A stretch of 64,000 nucleotides of DNA from assembly GCA_030141605.1 (NCBI GenBank), contig JAQGDQ010000177.1, forward strand, positions 62,001-126,000. The letters run 5' to 3'. The translations under genes were made by a program, and so were the position numbers. The notes below the pieces were generated by a model, which was given only the letters and a program-made list of their open reading frames with translations, did no database searches and was not told where the DNA came from. Below, one piece after another: positions 1-64,000 of the stretch (positions within the stretch are counted from its first letter, which is position 1; every line of letters starts with the position of its first letter). The DNA comes from Tubiluchus corallicola (taxonomy: Eukaryota; Animalia; Priapulida).

Positions 1-804
1 ATGCTAATAAAAAACTACACTGAATAGATACCAATTTCAAATAAATTAATGCACACATTTGAAATTTTTCAAACGTGATCGTAAAGGAGTGCGACAAGAA
101 GCACAAAATACCTGACTTCAGAAGTGCTGTGTGAACGGTACCGTGTTATAGTTACATATATTTCAACAATAGCAAAGTTATCTTACATTAATATTCAGTG
201 ACTGTATGTTTCATTTACAACCTAAACATTGAACTTGTGTCATTTAGCAATGACTAATCTAGTCCAGAGTCCATCTAGTCTATTATTTATGCCAAGGATG
301 TACACAGTTTCTGAAAAACTACCAAACACGGTGGCAGGAAAGAATGTGCATTATTCACTTTTGTGATTTTAGTTATTGAAATACGGAAGGTCTCTGTCCT
401 GTTGCAATGTAAGCAGTCGATTCAGCTCATTTTATTCCGTCTTGATACGGATGCAGACCTCCACAAGTTGAAAAGTACAAATATCCAAATCTAATGTGCA
501 TATTAAGGCCACGCAGCAACGTCTGCTGTTGGAAGCAAGTAAAATAAAGGTATAATAGATAACTTGGAAGACAGCTTCCTCAAAAAGACGAGCAATACAA
601 CGATATCACAGGTTCTTGTCTATTTCCATTACGTGTTCATCTATTATCAACATTCAAAATATGGCTGACAACCTAGCACCACAGTTACTGTACAAGAGGG
701 GAAACAGTGAAGTGATTTACGAATACACAATAAGCAGTCAATAGTTAACCATTATGATACAAAAGAAACAGAAATATAAAGTAAAGCCATTGATTCGTAA
801 GTGT

Positions 805-61637
<60,833 letters not shown>

Positions 61638-61646
61638 CTGGCAACA

Positions 61647-61980
61647 CAATTCAATTCAATTGTAATTTATTTATCTCTTTATAATGCTACAATGAAACAC
61701 GATTAATAAAAGAATCGCTAATAAGTTTTGAAGAATGGTTAAAATATATAGATAGATCTAGAACTAGAGAAAGGATAGCGAAAAGACTATAAAGTTACCT
61801 AGTCTGCTATCCTTTATCGAATGTAGATAAAATGATTTTCAGACACTGGTGGGCATTAATGTTATCAGTTTAATTTAGGAAACATTAATAATTTTAAAAT
61901 TATGACATTTGCTATATAATTAAGTAATCATTATGAAATGATAAAAACACTTTGGGTTAATAATGCAATGAATCAATCAA
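61647..61980 (-). mobile_element. LINE 3' fragment with (GAATT)n tail, copy 2
   Basis: Closely similar to 18940-19395, lacking ~110 bp internally. Confidence 0.75.
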
Positions 61981-62265
61981 GACGCAAGACGATAAGCAGT
62001 CTAGTCTCCTTGTCAAGCAACAATTTTTCTTGAAGTTCTTTGTTTTACAAAAGATTTGCAAATGTGCATTGGATGGACACGGACACTTTTTTCAATCGAA
62101 TTATTATCTTCATGTTAGTGTGTCAATACTAAAAAGAGTCTCTTTTGTAAATTACAAAATTACAAATTTGTAAATTACTCAAAGCCTTTTAATGGACTTT
62201 CCATAATCCACTCCTTTAGCAGTTTTAAAACGTACAGCTCTTACACCAGGAAGCTTTACATAAAC

Positions 62266-62713
62266 CAGGGGTGTGCAAATTATCTGACTAGCCGGGCCAC
62301 ATTAAACTTTCCCGCAATTCAGGCAGTTTGATCAAGGAGCCAAGTGCAGAATGTCTAATAACGATTTTTTTGCATCCTACCTGCGTACATCATTACTACT
62401 ACACTCAAGAAACTACTTTAGAAGTTATTAAAATTTATAGTACAAACCATATATTTCTACTTTCAGGACAGATAGTGGTAATTTCATTACAATGCATATT
62501 AGTAATGAGTATCACACAGTCTGTGTAGTACAGTGACATTAAGCTACAACGATCTTGTAAGGGTTAATGGCATCCGATCTAGTAGAAAAAACTACCCGCA
62601 CTGTCTTTGGGATCGTGGCACGGACTTCAGCTGGATACACTCAATTAATCACCCGGGCTGCACTTTCATTAGGTTGGCAAATCTCTTCGCGGGCCGCAAT
62701 TTGCACATCCCTG
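62266..62713. mobile_element. hAT-type MITE
   Basis: TIRs CAGGGGTGTGCAAATT / AATTTGCACATCCCTG; perfect 8-bp TSD ACATAAAC. Confidence 0.92.
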
Positions 62714-62914
62714 ACATAAACCAAACCTGGTGATGTAGTTGGAGGCCGTTACAAAAAAAATGAGACCAAACTTAGATCTGAATCCCAAATAAACTGCACA
62801 CAAGTAAATTAGACAAATTATTAACGAAATTCATTTATGGCAAAAAATTAAATTATGCTATCCTTCACTGGCAAATAGAACTGCATTTCTGCCATAATTA
62901 TAAAGTAAAGTCAT

Positions 62915-63514
62915 ATTTTTTTAAACTGTAGGTCAAAACAATCTACTATTTAAAATATTGAATAAAAACATACTATTTTTTCAAAAATGACTTACATGAA
63001 AGAATTATTGCCACACAAACATAATTTCGCATTCGCGCCACTAGTTCTTCGCTGTTATATGCTTTTCTCCGTTCGCTAGTTAGACGAGCACTAGGGGCTG
63101 CATTTTGGAAACAAATTGCACGAAAAAAACAGATGCTGTACCTCTGATTTCAGATGTGTTAGTTTGTGACAAACTACACATGTTCAACAGCTCAAGCGGT
63201 AAATTTGTAATTTGAATTTTTATCTTAAAACTTGCCTTGTTTTAGTACAACACACTAAACATCTTACAGTAGCACTGTACTTCACTTTTATCTTTCGCAA
63301 ACACGTGCAACACACTCGTGGAATATTTTTGCGTTGAAAATTATGTTAGTTTGTGATGTCATCAATAATTGGGCTCGCCCGCCGATAATTAAATTTTTAA
63401 TATATTTTTTAATTATCAGAAACGCTTTTGCAGTATTATTTGTGTTAAAATGTATACTTTTTATCAGACTTGAAAATGAGATAGTATATGAAAAATCATC
63501 ATGTCTGCCTTTAA
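62915..63514 (-). mobile_element. Kolobok-like non-autonomous element, copy 2 (inverted)
   Basis: Reverse complement aligns by eye with 43527-44140. Confidence 0.75.
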
Positions 63515-63757
63515 GCAACATGAATCAACCACACCAAGCACATGTGTTAAAGAGTTAGTTTATGAACAATGACACGGTTCTGAATGACCCACAATTAATT
63601 AAATTCTGATACAGGAATTGTGAAAAAGTTGGAACACAGCCTGGATTTGGACATTAGAATCAGAAGCTCCTTTTTCACGTTTCTCTTTCTGAAGTTTGGT
63701 ATCAGAATACAATTAATCATGAGTTTGTACCATCATTCACAATAATCTTGATATTAA

Positions 63758-64000
63758 CCCTTTCACTACGGAAGGCGGCACACCGCCGCCTATTTTTTCA
63801 TGCAAGGGACGGCAGGCGGTAGACTGCTGCCCAAGATCAGCACTAAGCACAAGCACCCAGGTCTGTGTATTTCACTTCTACGGTCATGCAAGAACATTGT
63901 AGAATGGTTTAACAACCGCGGGATTAGGCTTGCTTTACATCAAGTAATGCAAACCAGCCAGTCAGCGTCTGAAGCCAGGTGCATTCCACGATACTGCACT
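63758..64000. mobile_element. Possible left end of a piggyBac-like element
   Basis: TTAA followed by CCCTTTCACTAC and a GC-rich hairpin AGGCGG..CCGCCT; other end not in window. Confidence 0.45.

Overview
AT-rich, intron-rich animal (invertebrate-like) genomic DNA; no prokaryotic features. The window is occupied by one minus-strand multi-exon gene encoding an Lbc-family RhoGEF (ARHGEF18/p114RhoGEF, ARHGEF28, AKAP13, ARHGEF2 family; Drosophila Cysts-like). I traced by hand 32 GT-AG coding exons with consistent phases from 61637 to the stop at 805 (4478 nt, about 1490 aa). The order is disordered N-terminal region, C1 zinc finger, DH, PH, LPKRAETFGGFDS motif, coiled coil, C-terminal DDVIYF. The 5' end appears to lie beyond the window. 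The most interesting signal is a hidden isoform architecture in the introns: (i) an ATG-initiated alternative first exon near the end of the DH-coding exons (40641-40739) with a promoter-like motif cluster; (ii) a 1.5-kb in-frame alternative last exon after the PH domain (34021-35540), followed by a tandem repeat carrying AATAAA; (iii) a possible third start (MPLLCV) in the 19-kb intron. Exons (i) and (ii) together would define a nested, DH-less PH-plus-acidic-tail protein of 726 aa. The introns also contain a 5'-truncated R2-group (RLE) retrotransposon, an internally deleted mariner, hAT/Tc1/Harbinger/Kolobok-like MITEs, LINE tails, a SINE and several minisatellites. Most entries in the ORF track are repeat artefacts. 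All splice models are inferred from sequence only.
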